Origin: Eledone cirrhosa
Taxonomy: Eukaryota
Length of the DNA: 64,000 nt
Direction of reading: 5' to 3'
Assembly: GCA_964016885.1 (NCBI GenBank)
Contig: OZ024741.1
Location: 93,248,001-93,312,000 of the forward strand
Shown one piece after another: positions 39,304 through 52,859 of this stretch. Made by a program: the position numbers and the translations under genes. A model generated the notes under the pieces. The model searched no databases. It saw nothing but the letters and a program-made list of their open reading frames with translations, and was not told where the DNA came from. How positions within the stretch are numbered: the first letter of the stretch is position 1; every line of letters starts with the position of its first letter.

Positions 39304-42300
39304 TTATTTACCAAAAAGGCATAAAAAGAAGGGACAAATACAAAGGGGGAGTTTACATAAAATCGAGTAAAAAGGGTATAAAATGAAAATAGTCGAAAAC
39401 AACCTCAAAAGGAAGGGGACGTGATGGGGGTTGCACACACCCCCTAAAAAGTGTGCAATCCTTTGCCCGGGGATGGTATACAGAGAAGGCCCATTTACAC
39501 GAGCCATTCTCGCCATTATCACCCACCTTTCATAAAACTGCCTGTGGCCAAGCACCTCTCTCTCCATTCTTATCCTTCTTCCGAAGTGATATCGGAAGAA
39601 GTAGACCAGACTATGGCCAGAGAGGAAGTTGCCTGACCTCAGACCTTTCAATCGTGTCCACCAAACAACCTCTTTCAACATGGCTATTACGCACAGAAAA
39701 ACCACCTTTGCTTCCTTTGTGAAGAGGGGAGGCGGCTTGATTGTCATCACGGACTCGGCGGTCAATCGAATCGGCGCCACCCGCGACAGCAGTCGTTCGG
39801 CGTAGCCCCACAGATCAACCACGCCCGGACATTGCACCAATGCGTGCGCAACGGTTTCTTCGTGACGCACGCATCTAGCGCAAATCTTTTTCGAGGGATC
39901 CCTGCCCGGGCGCCCGTGTCTGTAGAGCCTCTCTCGAACGGGTAGAGCCCCCCGGTAGCACTGCCAGGCTAGTGACTTCTGGAAGTTGTCCATTGGTCCC
40001 GGGCCGAAAGTCCTACCGAACAGGCTGGCCAGTTCGTTCTCTTCCATGTCCAGCGACTCTCCAAGGGTGTCATCGCCCCTGCTAGCCACCAGCCCTCTAT
40101 AGAATGATGAGGTGGATTCTCCACCGATGGCCGGGCCCGCTTGCCAGAGAGCCCTGAGCGCCTGGGCACACTCAGTGTGCCAGTCTCCCAGTTTTCCGGA
40201 TCTTTGCTTGACCCAGGACTGCAGTTCGGTGAGCGAGACGAGTCTCGGAAAGGCTCGTTTCACGAACGGAGCCCACACCGGTTGACCAGTGAGGAACACC
40301 TGTAGGTGCCGTAGCCTTAATGCGTGCCTACGCATCATCAACCACGGCATCCCCAGCCCTCCTTTCGAAGGTTGTTGGGAGCAGATGGATCTTCTCACCA
40401 TAGGAGGGCGCTTCTTCCAAAGAAATTGGAAGAGCATGCGTTCCATGGTGGTGAGTGTTTCCTTAGGGCAAGGCACGACAGTCAGGCGGTAGTAAGTGAC
40501 GGACGCTATGTAAATGTTCGCCACCTCCGCCCGACCTTTTAGGGACAGCTTACACTTGGCCCATTTCTGGGTTAGTGCAAACACCTTGTTCGTAACCTCG
40601 TCCCAGTTCTTTTCCACCTGGAGGTCCGGTCCAAACCAGACCCCAAGCAACTTCACCGGGCCCTCCGTCCAGTGTCCGACGACACCATCGGGAGGCATCG
40701 GTCTGCCTCTCCACGTTCCGAGTTGCAGCCCGATGGATTTTTCCCGGTTCAGTTTCGCTCCTGACAACCTTTCGTAATCCTCCAGTAAGGTACCGATCGC
40801 CTCGATCTCCGAGTCGGTCGATACCATTACTGTTACGTCATCGGCGTAGGCCGACACCGCTTTGCTCAATCCTGGTTCCAGGGGGATACCCTGCAACAAC
40901 TTCCTCAGTAAAGGCTCGAGAGTCAATACGTACAGAAGGGAGGAGAGAGGGCACCCCTGTCGAATGGATCGTGTGATTTCGAACGGCTTCGAAAGGTAGC
41001 CGTTCACCTTGATCCTAGAACAGATGTAGTTGCTATGTAAGGCAATGATCCAGCCTCTGAAAACAGGACCGAATCCAGCCGCCGCTAGCACTACATCCAG
41101 GTAACCATGGTCGACCCTATCGAAGGCCTTAGACTGATCCAAGTTGATCAGGGCCCCACCGAAGCCGGGTTTGTTGCCAACCCTCTCTATGATGTATCGC
41201 ATGAGGTGGAGGTTGTCGTGAATGGACCTGGATGAGATAGCACATGTCTGCGCATCTCCCACCAGGCCACCCACGACAAGCGCCAACCTCTTTGCTAACA
41301 CCTTCGCCAAAATCTTTAACTCTGTGTTTAGCAGGGTTATGGGCCGAAAATTATTTATACTATCCCCCTTGTTCTCGTCCTTCCTCACCAGCGAGACTAC
41401 GCCCTTGGCTACAGAACAAGGAATTCTCCCGTTCTGCTGCCAATTGCAGTAGACCGCTTCGAGGAGTTCGGAGAAGAAGACCGGCATTGCTAAATAAAGT
41501 TTGTAAGATATACCATCGAGACCTGGAAATTTGCGTCTGCTGCATTGGCTCAGCGCATCCCCGATCTCATCAGCCGAGATTGGTCCCTCGCAGGACTCTG
41601 CCTCTTCGCTCGAGAGACGCGGCAGGCCGTCGAGGTATGGACCGAAATCCACGTCCTCCCGCGGACCCTCGCCTCCCCCGAATAATCGGGCAAAGTGCCT
41701 TTGAAAGGCCTCGCACATCTGCTTAGGCTCCCGGATCACCCGTCCATCCTCGTTTTGCAAAGACCGGATGGTGGATCGATTTCCACTCTTAGCTTCTGTC
41801 ACGCGGGCCCAGCCAACGGCTTTGGCCCCCTCATTACCTAGAGCACGTATTTTACTCCGAATGACGCAGCCTTCGTGCTTTGCATCAAAAAACTGGTTCA
41901 AGGCCGTCCTCGATGCCAGCACTCTGGCCACATCTTCGCTCTTGATTGCCTCTTCTAATTTACCTGTTAATTCTTTCTCGTTTCTATTCCTATCGGCAGC
42001 TAACATCTTGCTATAACTTATTGATTCTGTTCTAATCTCTCTTTTGAGAGATGCCCACCATCGGTTGTTGACGATTGCACCCGTCAACCTCTCCTTAACT
42101 AATCTGCTAATCCAGTTTCTGTAAGTCTCTTTTGCCGGTAAAGACAAATTAAGTTTCCAGTAACCGGGACCCTGTTTGTGTTTTCTCAAGATTGACTACG
42201 CAGGTCACTAATTTGTGATCCGTATAGCCAACCGTGAGCATTTCTGGACAGCTTAATATGTCCCTATCCTTCTAACTAAGAATCTATCTAAGTACGATCT

Positions 42301-42891
42301 AGATTGACCACTGTGGTTCGTCCAAGTCCAGGTTGGCACAGTTGGAAAATCTAGTCGATATCTATCGACCAAGTTAAAACGTTTGAGTAACCCCTTGAGG
42401 CTGTTACACCCCCCTCTATTAGGACATGCTCCTGCATAGTCCCAACGTGCATCTAGGATGTCATTCCAATCTCCTGCTAGAAGCAGGGAACGCGACGTTC
42501 CCAGAAAAGTCTCCAAACGCTGGAAGAAGTCGGGCCGTTCATCTCCGAAAGGGGAGTAGACGGCGACCAGTCTCAAGGCCGCACCATCACTACTGCCAAC
42601 GTCTAGCACCAACAAACGACCCTCCGGGTCCGAGTGAACAACCTGTACGGTGAGACCCAGGTGTTTTTCCAGCAGTACGACAACCCCACCCCCACCTCCA
42701 GGTTGACAGAGAGATGCATGCACCTCAAAGTCATCGAAGGTAGGGGCCAGCTGCCGCACGACGCTGATCCGAGTCTCACAGATAACCATTACATTTATAC
42801 CACGTGGCCTGAGGTCATTTAGAAGCTTTGCTTGCTTCCAAGTTGAGCCCAGGCCACGTGCATTCAAACATCCTACTCTTAACACATCCAT
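39304..42891 (-). pseudogene. L1/Tx1 ORF2 (APE-RT-CCHC), frameshifted near 42250
   Basis: GCLNARGL, GDWN, SYLDRFL; GYWKLN, FRPITLLN, DQSKAFDRVDH, RQGCPLS, YADD, CARC..ETVAHALVQC. Confidence 0.9.
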
Positions 42892-42924
42892 GTGGGCGGC
42901 AAAGCCAAAGGAGAGTGTAGAGAC

Positions 42925-44434
42925 CTACATTTCTGCTTCCCGGGGTTTGGGTCGCACGACTTCCATGGGGTCGGGGGTGTTGGGTGAAGGGGTGTCTTGT
43001 GGTGGTGTGGGGTCGTCAGTGTGTGGTGGGGTTGGGGTGTTTGGAGTTGTGTTGGGAAGGGGAGGGGGAAAGCTTTTTAGTAGGACGCGGTTTATAGGTT
43101 TGACAGAGGGTGGTCCTACGTCCTCCTTAAAATCCTTTTTTAGTTTTTGGTAGAGGTTCATTGGGATCTTTATTAATTTTAAATATGGGTAGTTTTCTGA
43201 AGAAACAAAGTTTACACCTTCGGTTTGTACCGAAGGATTATTGTTTATGAGTTCATTTATTTTATTATTGTTTCTGTTGATGTAAGTATAGTGTAATGTC
43301 TTTTTTTCGGATGGTGTGAGTGTTTCGAAGAGGGGAGGGGCAGGTTTGGTTTTGTTTGTTGCTGGAGGAGTGTTTTGTGTTTTGTTGGATTGTGTTGACA
43401 TTTGGTTAGGGGTTGTTTGGCCTTGTGTGTTTTGCACATGTTTTCTTTTTTTCCTTTTAATCTGTCTGAAGGACTCCGTTTCTTCCTCCGAATTTGTTGG
43501 GTTATCTTCAGTGTTGGAGGGAAGAGGTATGTTTGCTGGTAATGTTTCCGTGTTGGTTTTCTTTGTGGGGGAGATGGATGTCACTATGTTAGACTGTGTT
43601 GTGTTGTGGCTGCGGTGGTTGTGTTGTTTTATTGAGTGAGGGGTTGGGTGGGACTGTATTTTGTTTTTGGGTAATGTGTTGTGATTGTTTGTGTTGTGGT
43701 GGTCGTGTAGTTTTACTGAGGGACGGGTTGGGTGGGACTGAGTTTTGTTGTTTGTTTATCTGTTGTGGTGGAGCTGGTGTTGGTAGCAGGGTTTTTTGGT
43801 TGAGTTGGGGACAAGCTGCCTTCAGGTGCCCTCTGCCTGCACAGATATGACAGGACGGCCTTCTCTCCACGCTAATGTTTATATACCCGTGGCCCTCTAA
43901 TAGGATTCTGTCGGGTATTTGGGCGATGCGTTCAGGCTTCATTTGCACTACAAGTTCTATACCTGTTCCACTGAACGCATTGCCTGTGGTTTTCCCAATG
44001 GAAATCACGTTGTCATTCGCTGGATCGATGAAGCCAGCTATGAGCCAGCAGTAGTCCACATCTGGCATCATTGCATCCAGCCATATGCGCTGAGTTCTTT
44101 TACCCATATAAGATGGATAAAAGGTAAAATTTGTCGAACGAATCGGTGACAAAGCACATTTTTTTGCCGCCGATTCGTTCTTCATAATAATCGCTAGGCT
44201 TCCATACAGTCTGTCTCTTCTTATGAAAGTGGTTTCATTAAGTACTTCTGTAAGTACTGCTTTGATTTCTGTTTGTGTTGGCTGTTGAGGTTTTTTAGAA
44301 ATGTTGTTGATGGTGTGGAAAACGACCATCCGACTTTCAATGTCTTTGGTGAGTTCTTGAGGCATTTTTACCGATAAAATACCATTTTCCCCTTCAGTTA
44401 TGTATTGTTTGGCGTCTGTAATTCGTTGTGCCAC
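42925..44434 (-). pseudogene. L1/Tx1 ORF1 (gag-like, CCHC knuckle), split by a frameshift
   Basis: CHICAGRGHLKAAC and a Pro/Gln/Thr-rich tail, directly upstream of ORF2. Confidence 0.8.
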
Positions 44435-45090
44435 ATCTGAAATATTTTCAGGTATATATATGTCAAAGATTTCTTTGTTGTTTGTGCAAATGAAATATTA
44501 TTGTGTTTGTCGTGTCTTTGTTTGTGGTATTAATATTGTCATGCAATTTTTCAAATTTTTTTTTTTCGTTGTTGGAATCAATGTCAAGATTTGTGTTTTC
44601 GTCATTTTTCTCCGCAGATTCGTTTATTTTTTCTTTCCTTCTCTATGACGTTAGTTGGGAAGGAAGGGGGGACTAAAGCGTGCGAGCTTACAACTCTTAC
44701 CACTGTCCCCCCACCACTATTTTCGTTAGCTTCGTTTAACATTTCTGTCAGACGATTGAAATTTTTTATGCCACAAAATTTTTAAAAACAGGTTTTTCAC
44801 CTCTGGGAGGGGCAAAGATAAGCTGACCCACCGCCTGACAGTTCAGACGGGGCGTCAAGCTACACAATAGTATCAAAATTAAAATTGAACTTACAAAATT
44901 TCCGCAATAAATTTGAACAAAACTTCTGCGCGAAGTGAATTACATCTACGCTGTAGAACAGACGACAGCTAGATGTAAAGTAAAAATAAAGATAGATATA
45001 TAGAAATATATGAGGAAATGAATGAAAAAATATATATAAAAAATTGATAGATAAATAAATAAGTAAATAAATAAATAAATTACATTTAAT

Positions 45091-45822
45091 CATCATCATC
45101 ATCATCACCGTTTTACGTCCGTTCTTCCACGCTAGCATGGGTTAGATGGGTTGTCCTGTTGTGGGCAGTGTCTGGTCGGCTGACCATGCCTTGCTCATAC
45201 AGGAACTGATTTCAATTGATTTCTACAGCTGGATGCCCTTCCTAACACCAACCTCATTTACAGTGAGTGCTGGGTGCTTTTTCGTGGCGCCTACATGTCC
45301 ACTTTACAGTGTGGGCTGGGTGCTTTTTTGCCGTGTCACCTCCACGACCACCTTGCGATGGGGGGTGTGGGGGCATATTGTCTATATGCTTCAGCTTGTA
45401 CCCATGGGAGGTCGGGTACTCTGTATTACTGCGTGACGCCAGAGGTCACGGTCGTGTGCCATTGCCTTTGAGAGGTTTAATTGGGTAAGGTCGGCTTTTA
45501 CACCTCATCCCAGGTCATCTTGGGTCTCCCCACTCCGCGGTTTCCATCGACTTCTAGTGCTCTGCACCTTTTTATACAGCTGTCATCCTTCATACGCATC
45601 ACATGTCCATACCAACGCAACCGCCTCTCCTGCACACAGTTATTGTACTTTCTGAACACCCACCTCCTCTGCTAATTCGGTCATCTAGGTAGCAGAAGCT
45701 GTCTACTGTTTCTACAGAGCCCTCCCAGAGATTGGTGGTACTTGTTTCCTGTGGCTGTTTGCTGTCCCAGCACAGCTGCTGCATGTGAAGCCTACATTCT
45801 TAATTAAGCTTCCTGAGATCCC
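45091..45822 (-). mobile_element. Second RTE-PHD subfamily copy with internal deletions
   Basis: Aligns to 37518-38523 with ~280 bp missing. Confidence 0.88.
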
Positions 45823-46261
45823 AATGTGAAAAGTGGAGATGAAAATATATAAATAAATGTATAAAATGTACAGAGAATATTTAAACATGTTAGGATCATT
45901 GAGAATAGTTTTTGATAATTGTTAAAAATATGGATAGATATTAAGTTGAAAATATGATAATGTTAAATATATTTATGTGTGTATTGGTTATTTTGATAAG
46001 TAAATTAACTAGTTTTAAGATATAATATATGATAAGATAAAATGACCGAGATGAAATAAGTTTAGGGTGAGAAATACAAAGATAGAGAGTGAAAGATGGA
46101 GATATGTAAATATAAGAGGTTTTCATGCTGTTCTTTGGTAATTATAATGGTGAAGATACTGCTGATAATGTGATATCGTAGTAGATCCAAATGGTACAAT
46201 TAGGGTTATGGAATAGATAAGGTGGAATTAAATTGGTCTAAAGTTCTCGAATTTCGTTGCT

Positions 46262-48420
46262 GATTTATCATCATCAGGTTGCGCGTGCTCGGCTTTTTAC
46301 GACACGTTTCCTCCATCCATCTCTGTCTCTCATAGCGTTTGCCAGTTCTTCCGCAGTGCATCCAGTATCATCCTCAAGTTGCTTCTTGGGACGACCAGCG
46401 TTTCTTGCTCCATGAGATGGACTCCATAACAATACATCGCCTGCTATTTCTTCCTTGCTGCGCCAACAGTGGCCAGCAAATCTGAGTCTCTGTTTACGTA
46501 TTGACTTGCTGATAGGTTGTATATTGCCATAGAGATCCTTATTTGTTGGGTGTTCCCTCCAAGATACGTTTAAAGCAACATGGAGTATACGTGTGTATGC
46601 CCCGTCTAGCTTTTTCTCCAGTTTTGACATTAGCGTCCAAGTGATAGAGCCATAAACAAGCACAGATTCCACAGCAGCTCTGAAGAAATTCCTTTTCAGT
46701 TTGGCCGGCAGGTTTGATTTCCATATTCTTTCCATTGCATTCAATGCTCCCCAGGCTTTTTCCAGTCTGATGTTATCATCATGTTCTGTGGAGGCGATAT
46801 AGTATTTGAAGTCGTCAACTTGCTTGATTATATTGCCGTTTAGACTTCGCATACCAACTGAAGAGTCTTGGTTTAGGCAAATATATTCTGTTTTGCCTGC
46901 GACATAAAGTCCGATTTCCTTTGCAACTGATTCGATGCTGTGAAGTAGTGATGTTGCATCCTTAAGGTAGTCAGCGAGGACCACTAAATTATCCGCATAG
47001 TCAGCATCTGTGATTTTCTGAGCTGCATGGCGTCTACACTTTTGCTTTGTGAGAGTGAAACCAAGCTCCAAGTTTCCGTCTAGGGCTTTTCTCAATACAT
47101 AGTCGAGGCAGATGATAAAAATATATTCTGCAAGAGTATCCCCTTGGAGTACTCCTGCAATGATGTCAAAGAAGTTGGTATCTCCATCAGGTGAGCGCAC
47201 CATTGCGCGGGTGTTTTTATATAACATTATGATGGCATTGAGTTCAAATCCCGCCAAGGTTAACTTTGCCTTTCATCCTTACGGGGTTGATAAAATAAAG
47301 TACCAGTAATGTACTGGGTAATTGCTGGCCTTGTGCCAATAGAAACAATTATGATGGCATTTACTGTTTCCTTTGGCAAGCCGTAGGCTAGAAGTATCTC
47401 TCTCATCCTCCCACAATGGATGGAATCGAATGCTTTTGAAAAGTCAATAAACAGGAGAGTTGCTGGGAGGTTTTTGGCTTTTATGCCTTCCAAGATACAC
47501 CGAATAGTAAGTATTTTCCCTGATGTTGATCTGTTGGTGCGGAAGCCATTTTGGTTTTTTCTCAGCAAGGAGTCAATGACAGGTCTTATTCTGTCAAACA
47601 GCATGAGATTATATATCTTTGCAGCAATTGCCATTAGTGTTATGCCACGGTAGTTTTTAGCCATTCCAAGATCGCCCTTTTTGGGAAAATGGAGTATACA
47701 TCCCTCAGTCCATTTGTCTATGGGGTCTTAATTATAGATACCATTACACAACTCTAGTAGGATTGGGTGAAATTCAGGTACCTTCCACACTTCAGCTGGG
47801 ATCTCGTCGAGTCCGCACACTTTTCCGTTACCAATACGTTTCACTGCTTTCTGTAGTTCCTCCATAGTAAAAATACCTTTCTGTATTTGGTGTTCCTCTG
47901 TAAAAACGGGTATTATTTTTTCTTTGATGATCTGTGGTGCTTTGCCAAGTAGGTTCTGAAAATGTTGTTGCCACAGTTTTAAACATTCGTCTTGGCTGGA
48001 GGCTTTCAGTTAGGCTCTGTCACTACTTTTTCTGCCACTAATTTCATTGACAGTTTTCCAGGCTTCAGCAGACCTCTTATTGCTGACAGTACTTGAGATA
48101 TGATTGATCTTTTTCTGCATGTATTCAGTTTGCTCAATTTCATACTCACTTTCCAGTGCTATACAAGCAGCATTGAAGTTACTAATGTTTTCTAGAGATT
48201 TTTTAGTGTCTTTCAATTCTGCAGCTTTTGCAACCATTTGCGCTTTTGGCATATCCTCTCTGTTTCCCAGGGTTTTTGTTTTTTAACCTTGGGTTTTAAA
48301 GGGATGGTGTCGGCCGCTGCCTCTTTGAATGCCATTTGAAAGTGGTTAAATGTAGAATTTGACGATTTTGTTGGCGCAGAGTCTTGTAGGGCAGCAAATC
48401 GGTTGCGCAGTTGGATTAAA
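46262..48420 (-). mobile_element. Degenerate RTE-like LINE (RT region) interrupted by a SINE
   Basis: NYRGITL, QNGFR, DFSKAFD, GVLQGDTLA, YADN, RLRFAGHCWR, GRPK. Confidence 0.85.
47240..47347 (+). mobile_element. 5'-truncated SINE with a 14-bp target-site duplication
   Basis: ATTATGATGGCATT at 47226-47239 and 47348-47361. Confidence 0.9.
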
Positions 48421-48429
48421 ATTATACGA

Positions 48430-51360
48430 GGACTTAAATTCAAAAGAAACCCTTATCGAGGCCAGGGCCACCTTATCAACCTTAAGAATAAAATTAATGA
48501 CTTTAAATCTTCTAAAAACGTTTTAGTTCATTCTGACAAAACATAATTTATATGGCATAACTAAGGATAAATATAATAACCTTATCCTTAAAGAACTAAG
48601 AAAAAATTATCGTAAAACTACGCACGATAATCTGGATTCTATCAATAGAGAAGCATATAAGATAATAACCAACCTCGGAATTGAGAAAAAAACAGAACCC
48701 TTCTTCCCAAGAATTCCGAGGGTTCTCTGAAGAAATTTTCGAACGGACTTGCCTGTAAGACTAATTGCCCCTTCTAAATCTGACCTAGAGGTTGTTAGTA
48801 AATCCATCTTGGATAGAATTATCCCACAGGTTAGGTATAAATCTCAACTAAATTTATGATTGGGTTCATCTGAAGTAATAGACTGGTTTAATGACCTAAA
48901 AAATAAAAACAAACTGAAATTTATTCAATTAGACATCGCTAGCTATTACTCTTCTATTTCTCCTTCACTCCTAAACAAGGCTCTCTCATATGCTTTAAAA
49001 TATACGGACATTACTAGTGAAGAAATAAACATCATTCTCACCGCTAGGAAAACCATCTTGGAATTTAAGAAAGAATATTGGACAAGAGCGGATACTTCGA
49101 ACAATTTTGACATCACCATGGGTTCTTCGGATTCAGCTCAACTGACCGACTTAGTTGGAATTTTCATCTTGAATTCTTTAAACCAGAAAATACCCCAACT
49201 TTGCGGTGGGATTTATCGTGATGATGCTCTTTTTACTGTCTCTAATTGTAACACTGTAAACTTTAATATACTTAAGAAAAAAATACTTGATCTATTTAAG
49301 CAACTTAAAAATTGAATTCGAGAATAATGATAAACTAGCAAATTTCCTTGATACATCCCTTAATCTAGATACCGGCCTATATTATCCATATCATAAGGAT
49401 AATGAGAACTTAAATTACGTTAACTTTAAATCTAACCACCCTAATAACGTTAAAACTGCTATAGTCAAAAGCGTAGAAAAAAAGAATTTCTAATTTATCC
49501 TCTAATAAAGATATCTTCAAAGCTAATGCCAACTATTATAATAATGCGCTATCTCGGGCTGGATATCTAGATAAAATTAGGTATACTAAAGAACTTAATC
49601 TTGGCAGAGGTTATAATAACTCTAGTAATGTAGCTAGTAATAATCATACTACTAACAAAAGGAGGAGACCTAGATATAAAAATATCCTTTGGTACAACGC
49701 TCCCTTCTCTCTTTCCGTTATTAATAATAACCCTAAATTATTTTTTAGGGCATTACATAACAGCTTCCCTCCTTCAGATATATACAGCAAGATTTTCAAT
49801 AGGCATACTATTTAATTCTCATATTCTACTATTTCGAACATTTCTAAAATTATCTCAAGACACAATTCTAAAATATTAAATAATAACTCATATGCATCCA
49901 ACCATGAGAGTCATAATAATAACAGTATAAGGCCCGACGTCAATGTAAACTCTAGGCAAAATAACACAAGTATAAATACGACGTCAAACGTAACTTTAAA
50001 GAATGCATCAAATAGTAATGTAAATCTAGAAACTTTAGCACCTCCTTTAGTTAATTCCACCCTCCTGATCCTAATATAATTAATCCAGGGCCACTTGCCA
50101 ATAACTCTGTAAATAATCTTAATCGTAAATGCAACTGCCCTATTAGAACTAATTGTCCTCTTAGTAATTTCTGTCTCAATAAAAACCTAGTATACGAATG
50201 TAAAGTGGTAACTAGTACCAATTCCTATACCTACATTGGCTCACTTCTACCTCCTTTAAAGCACGATTCTATAATCATTCTTCTACATTTAAATCTCCAC
50301 TTAAAAGGACCAGCACTGCACTCTCAGAACTTATTTGGTCCTTAAAAGACAAAAACATAAATTATGAAATTTCTTGGTGTAAAATCAACAACACATCTCC
50401 ATACTCCAATGCTTCCATATCTAGTGTTAGTAATTTATGTTGAAAAATTTACCATTATCTCGAATGTCAACACAATAATAAATCGAAGAACCAATTTATT
50501 TGGACTTTGTAATCATAAATCCTACAAGACCTTTCACAAAGTATATAGCTGATGTCCTATAACATGAGTCACTCTTACCTTTATACATCTTTCATTATAT
50601 TATACAATGTATTAATTTGGTTTTCTCATTATATATTAAGCCTTTGATCTTCTTTTTCGCTCAAACCTTCGTAGATTTTGTAAACAAATGATGACGTCAT
50701 ATGTTTTTTCTACGTTTATAAATCATTCTAGCAATTTCCTTTATTTACTTGTTGATATAAAATAAAAATTAAATAGTATACCCCACATATATAGATTTTT
50801 ACTAGATTTTATAAAAATCTTTTTATATTTATTTTATTAATACATTTTTACACTTCTTAATCCAATTTTTAGTATTTAAATCCAATATAAAATAATATAC
50901 CCAGTTTCTATATTTAGACCTCTATTTGAATACCTTCTATAATATTCGCACATACACCTCATCAATTTATTTTTAACCGTTATTTACATCTGTTTTCATT
51001 TTGACAGCGTTCCTGATCAAAAGTCTCTCTTTTTCTCCTTTTTTTTTTCCTTTTTTTCTTTCTTTCTTTTTTCTTTTTCTCTTTCCTTTTCTTCTATTTT
51101 CCTATTTATTTCTTACTATAGCATTAACACTTATATTTCTGTCATATGTAGACTTTACACTTTCCTATAAACAAGTGCTATTATGCCTCATATCATGTTA
51201 CCTTATTTTATCTGAAGAGAACACAATTTCTGTCCCAGGATGATTTTGTATTCGAAATACGTATAATAAAATATATGGAACTCTAATAACCATCTTTTTA
51301 TTTCATCTTTATTATATATACTCCAGTTCTACCAACTGTTGAGTGCTACTTATTTGATAT
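48430..51360 (+). mobile_element. Penelope-like element (RT + GIY-YIG + 3' pseudo-LTR), decayed
   Basis: FIQLDIASYYSSI, MGSSDSAQLTDLVG, GIYRDD, NFLDTSL; CNCP..CPL..C..LVYEC..YIG at ~50125-50240. Hammerhead at the 3' end. Confidence 0.88.
51205..51272 (+). ncRNA. Type I hammerhead ribozyme at the PLE 3' end
   Basis: TTTTAT-CTGAAGA-GAACACAA..TTGTATTC-GAA-ATACGTAT-A-ATAAAA. Confidence 0.8.
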
Positions 51361-51395
51361 ATGCATAGTTTTATTGTTCTACAATATTACTCACC

Positions 51396-51427
<32 letters not shown>

Positions 51428-51539
51428 CACACAGTTACTTCCCGTTGAAATTCTAGAATCTAGAATTTCAACGGTAAGTAACTCTAGCTACTTCCCTTGT
51501 CTAGAGAGTGCTACAGTGTCTTATAGTGTGTGTGTTTTA

Positions 51540-52420
51540 GGAAACCTATTTCTAATATTAATTTGTTCATTTAAATCATCAATAAGATAAACTTGTGCAT
51601 ATTTAGGAATATTATCAACTGCGTTTCACAATGAACTTATTCTTTGATAAATTTGACCTTGTATTTAAAAAATTGGCAAGTTTTGGGAATCCTGTGTTTC
51701 CCCCATCATTAGTGTATTTAAAGGTTCAGGTGGTCATTCAATTAAATTCAATTTAACTTTACTATTTGAACAATACAATCCCTTAGGTTCATCTTTAAAT
51801 AGTTTTGCACAACAATGCTTACAAACTACTGACATTGTTCCTAAATTTTATACATTATTATAATGGTGGATTGGCAGTATCGGTAGAGGGTCGGGCGCCA
51901 TGCTTTGACGCATAGAGTTACGGCCCTTGCCATTTTGTGTTCAAATCCCGCTGAGGTTAACTTTGCCTTTCATCCTTATGGTTGAAAAAATAAAGTACCT
52001 GTAATGCACTGGATAATTGCTGGCTTTGTGCCACAAGTAGAAACAATTATTATAAATTTTACTAGGATCATATTCAAATGCTTGCATTTGTAAATGATTT
52101 AAAAGAACTACGTAGTTCAGCATACCTTGATCTTTTTACTTGTCTGAGAATGTGTTGCTTTATTGTGAGAAATTCTATTGTCCTCTCTTATTTCATCTCT
52201 TCTTTTTTTCTGTTAAATTTCTTCTGAACTCTTGGAGAGCTAATCTGTTTTCTTCTCTAATTTCATTTCTCCTTTGAATTGAGAGCCTTTCTCGTCTTTG
52301 TCTTTGATATTCTCGATTTTTTTGCTCTCTAAATTTCTTTCTCCTCTTCATTCATTTCCTTTCTCTTTTGGAGCTTTCTTTCTGAGCTATTTGAAATTTT
52401 CCTTACATCATTAATATTAT
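51540..52420 (-). pseudogene. Helitron C: highly decayed Rep N-terminal fragment
   Basis: Minus-strand translation AFEYDPSKIY..LGTMSVVCKHCCAKLFKDEPKGLYCSNSKVKL aligns with Helitron B AFRYNPSEDY..IGKMDNVCTSCKAMKWPGEAPSMCCAGGKVQL. An R/E-rich coiled region lies upstream. Confidence 0.7.
51864..52045 (+). mobile_element. tRNA-derived SINE with TSD ATTATTATAA
   Basis: Homologous to 33280-33473. The duplication is at 51854-51863 and 52046-52055. Confidence 0.85.
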
Positions 52421-52859
52421 TGTTGTTTAAGTTAGTAGTTGCATTGAAAGTGTGGCGATATACTGATAAGATGTATTCTTCATAGAATGAATGATAAAAA
52501 AAATGAAGAAGAATTGTGATGTTGTTGACAACGTTTATTTTATAATAGTGAAATTTACTCGTTGGGTACATCGAAGATTGAGTAACAAAAACATGACACA
52601 GTTATCACTACATTAGTTGTTTTACGAGCTACTTCAAGCTAGCGTAAATGCACACCAAAAATGTGCATGCATTGTTAAGTCAATATTGCTAGTAAATGTA
52701 CATATTAAAGAAAACAATACAGTAAAAGTGATGTGTTGTGCTTTACAGTAGTCAAAAGGATAGTCAAAGTGTATCAGGGACAATAGAAGGAAAGCTATTG
52801 TGTGTGTGTTCGTTTTGCCGATGACTGTTGCTATTTACATTATCCCTAGCAGACGTACT

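Larger units (their letters stand above)
39303..44706 (-). mobile_element. L1/Tx1-clade LINE, near full length, with frameshifts
   Basis: 5' UTR, ORF1, ORF2 and AATAAA at the 3' end. Confidence 0.88.

Noticed and set aside
45630-45650. Internal deletion in an RTE copy as a splicing product
   Set aside because: The deleted segment begins with GT on the minus strand but does not end in AG.
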